From: an uncultured delta proteobacterium
GTDB lineage: Bacteria > Desulfobacterota > Syntrophia > Syntrophales > UBA5619
Assembly: GCA_963817385.1 (NCBI GenBank)
Contig: CAWFOM010000027.1
Location: forward strand, 1-64,000
Reading direction: 5' to 3'
DNA length: 64,000 bases
Of this stretch, positions 62,039 to 64,000 are shown piece by piece; the stretch's first letter is position 1; each line of letters opens with the position of its first letter. The notes under the pieces were generated by a model that searched no databases, was not told where the DNA came from, and was given only the letters and a program-made list of their open reading frames with translations. The translations under genes and the position numbers were made by a program.

Positions 62039-62133
62039 AAGCCTAGCATACGGGAAAATCCCACCCCATGTCAAGCAGAAGACTCTTTCCTCGGGCGATT
62101 TTTAAATCTGACCGGGGAAGGGGTGGTGATAGA

Positions 62134-62232
62134 ATGCCTGCAAAACCAGTAAAGAAAGCAGCTGTGAAGAAAGTAGCAGCTAAAAAACCAGCAGTTAAGA
62201 AACCAGCGGCAAAGGTAACTAAGAAGAAATAG
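62134..62232 (+). CDS. Histone H1-like Lys/Ala/Pro-rich microprotein (32 aa)
   Basis: MPAKPVKKAAVKKVAAKKPAVKKPAAKVTKKK*; GGTGGTGA RBS; followed by its own terminator. Confidence 0.8.
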   Translation: MPAKPVKKAAVKKVAAKKPAVKKPAAKVTKKK

Positions 62233-62241
62233 CCATTTAGC

Positions 62242-62280
62242 AGGGGCTCTGTCCATGACGGGCAGGGCCTCTTTTTATTT
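62242..62280 (+). terminator. Intrinsic terminator after the microprotein gene
   Basis: AGGGGCTCTGTCC-atgac-GGGCAGGGCCTCT followed by TTTTATTT. Confidence 0.8.
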
Positions 62281-62359
62281 GAGCTTGACTAATATTTGCA
62301 GAGCCACTTCGATCCGGCCTCTCCGTTGAAAATCAATATTTTATTCTTTTAACGTTGAG

Positions 62360-62410
62360 TGGATATACCTTATCCAACTGGATAGCTAAGATGGATACTT
62401 ATTATCCACT
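62360..62410. promoter_or_regulatory. Upstream activator sequence, second copy
   Basis: TGGATATACCTTATCCA and TGGATACTTATTATCCA palindromes, as at 36004-36054. Confidence 0.75.
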
Positions 62411-62506
62411 ATTTCTCCTGATGATGAGAAGAATAGGCATCGATGGACTCGACCATTTAGTAAATATTTAATTAATTTCGCTTAGGTATATTGCTTATCG
62501 AGCTCC

Positions 62507-62522
62507 TGGTACAGCAAATGCA
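62507..62522 (+). promoter_or_regulatory. sigma-54 promoter
   Basis: TGGTACAGCAAATGCA (GG-N10-GC), 147 bp from the UAS start (145 bp at the other locus). Confidence 0.7.
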
Positions 62523-62592
62523 GTACAGAGCTAAAACGAAATAAATTAAAAAGTAGAATAATCACGTCAACGATTAAAGAAGGGGTAAGCAA

Positions 62593-63727
62593 ATGCAGAT
62601 AAGAAGTCTCAAGAGCAGAGCAGTTTCCATTGTCCTTTTGATCATGGTGACCTTCGTCTGCAAGCCCAACTCTGTTGAAGGAGCGTCCGTTATACGTACT
62701 GACAAGGAGATCTATAATCAAGGTGAAGTGATCAGAGTATATTTTTCGAACGCGCCAGGTTTTGACAGTGATTGGATGTGTATAGTACCTGCAGGTTCTC
62801 CAGATACTGATGCCGGAGACTATAAATACATGCCCGCGAGATCGGGTCAGGGTTTCCTAATCTTTGATCCTCGCTCTCCGGGAGAATACGAAGTGAGGGC
62901 TTATTACAACTATAGGCGAAACGGATACGTGGTATCCGGACGTTATGCCTTTTCGGTGGTGAGCGATCCTATTAATGACCAGGCATTGTCTCAGAGTATG
63001 GAACCGACAGAACCTGACGACTTCTTAGAGACCAACCTCCCTCCACCGATTCCGTTTGCCGCACCGCCCGAGTTGATCGTGCTGCCCGAGACGTATGTCT
63101 ACGTCGCTCCTGATGTAGACGTGGACATATTCTTCTACAATGGTTGGTGGTGGCGTCCGTGGGGAGGACATTGGTATCGCTCTCGTTATTATAACCGGGG
63201 TTGGGGTTATTATAACAGCGTCCCAAGATTCTATTTTGATATAGACCCAGGTTGGAGAGGATACTATAGAGACCGTAATTGGTACGGGCACAGGTGGGAC
63301 TATCAACGGATCCCTAATCAACGACTGCAACAGAACTGGAAGCGCTGGCAAAATGATCGACGTTGGGAAAGGCAGGGGACTTGGGGCGTCCAGAACTATA
63401 AACCTCGGCCACAACAACAGAGACAGGAACTAAGACAACAAAGGCAACAGCAATATCAACAGAGACCTGAAGTTCAGCGGCTGCAGAGACAGCCTCAGGT
63501 TCAGCAGCCGCAGAGATTGCCTGAGGTTCAGCAGCCACAGAGATTGCCTGCAGTTCAGCAGCCGCAGAGACAACCTCAGGTTCAGCGTCCGCAAAGACAG
63601 CCTGAGGTTCAACAGCCACAGAGACAGCCTGAGGTTCAAGCAGCCGCAGAGATTGCCTGAGGCTCAGCGTCCGCAGAGACAGTCTCAAGAAAAACCAGAC
63701 AGAGGGGAGGTAGAGCGTGGAAGGTAG
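62593..63727 (+). CDS. Exported protein: beta-rich N-domain, Trp/Tyr/Arg/Gly-rich region and Gln/Pro repeat tail (apparent one-base insertion near 63639)
   Basis: Signal peptide; FFYNGWWWRPWGGHWYRS; QPEVQQPQR repeats; the corrected frame ends ...DRGEVERGR*. Confidence 0.75.
63465..63682 (+). repeat. 27-bp coding tandem repeat (about 8 imperfect units encoding PEVQQPQRQ/L)
   Basis: Units resemble CCTGAGGTTCAGCAGCCGCAGAGA(CAG/TTG). Confidence 0.85.
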
Positions 63728-63864
63728 GATGACGGAATCCACTGCCTTCCGATTCTTTATCAACGGATAGAACACTGTTTTGAAACCTTTGTGAGTTTAT
63801 GATAAGCATGTCTCACGTCAGTAAGGATTCTGGTGACCTTACGTCCAACAGAGATCAAGGGGCT

Positions 63865-64000
63865 ATGATAAAAGTATTTCGGACAAGATTAGAAGTGATT
63901 CTGGCACTGGTTTTCGGATCGATGCTGTTTTTTCTTATTCCCGGCTCCGCCCTGTTCGCGGCGGGTGATCCCGATAAAAGTGCAACCCAGGCCGGGTGGA
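63865..64000 (+). CDS. Exported protein, partial (runs off window end)
   Basis: AAGGGG RBS; signal-peptide-like MIKVFRTRLEVILALVFGSMLFFLIPGSALFAAG... Confidence 0.6.
   Translation, partial: MIKVFRTRLEVILALVFGSMLFFLIPGSALFAAGDPDKSATQAGW

Noticed and set aside
62071..62256. 61-aa minus-strand Cys/Phe/Trp-rich ORF as a hydrophobic toxin
   Set aside because: It is the reverse complement of the Lys-rich microprotein ORF, which has the RBS and correctly oriented terminator; its start lies inside that terminator hairpin.
63465..63682. 27-bp repeats as a CRISPR array
   Set aside because: The units are contiguous and in frame, with no unique spacers and no cas genes.

Overview
This is a 64-kb chromosomal window from a high-GC anaerobic bacterium; gene content suggests a Syntrophales/Desulfobacterota-like deltaproteobacterium (inference). 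Housekeeping genes include pdxST, hisHF, mnmG, glgP, pfkA, leuACDB, pyrE, ribF, tRNA-Leu(CAG), degQ, yhbY and an Mla/MCE-type operon. Accessory parts are an AbfD-like/SDR/TetR cluster, an SDR-activase-SDR-ThDP-enzyme operon, a ZraS/ZraR/ZraP-like sigma-54 system, a ~17-kb carboxylate-utilisation island, and an AT-richer region after tRNA-Leu with an IS3 element. Five signals stand out. (1) A glc-like locus (FadR regulator, glcG, glcD, glcF) has a LeuA/CimA-family synthase instead of malate synthase and two beta-decarboxylating dehydrogenases, suggesting a D-malate route for glycolate/glyoxylate (hypothesis). (2) An unannotated module at 61.9-62.3 kb combines tandem NrdR-like boxes, a promoter, a ~75-nt antisense RNA with its own promoter and terminator, and a 32-aa histone-H1-like microprotein. 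(3) A 51-bp enhancer plus sigma-54 promoter is shared by two loci 26 kb apart. (4) A complete leucine attenuator lies upstream of leuA. (5) The MCE transporter's ATPase looks catalytically dead. Several genes carry single-base insertions that are most likely long-read assembly errors. All family calls come from motif recognition by eye; no database searches were run.
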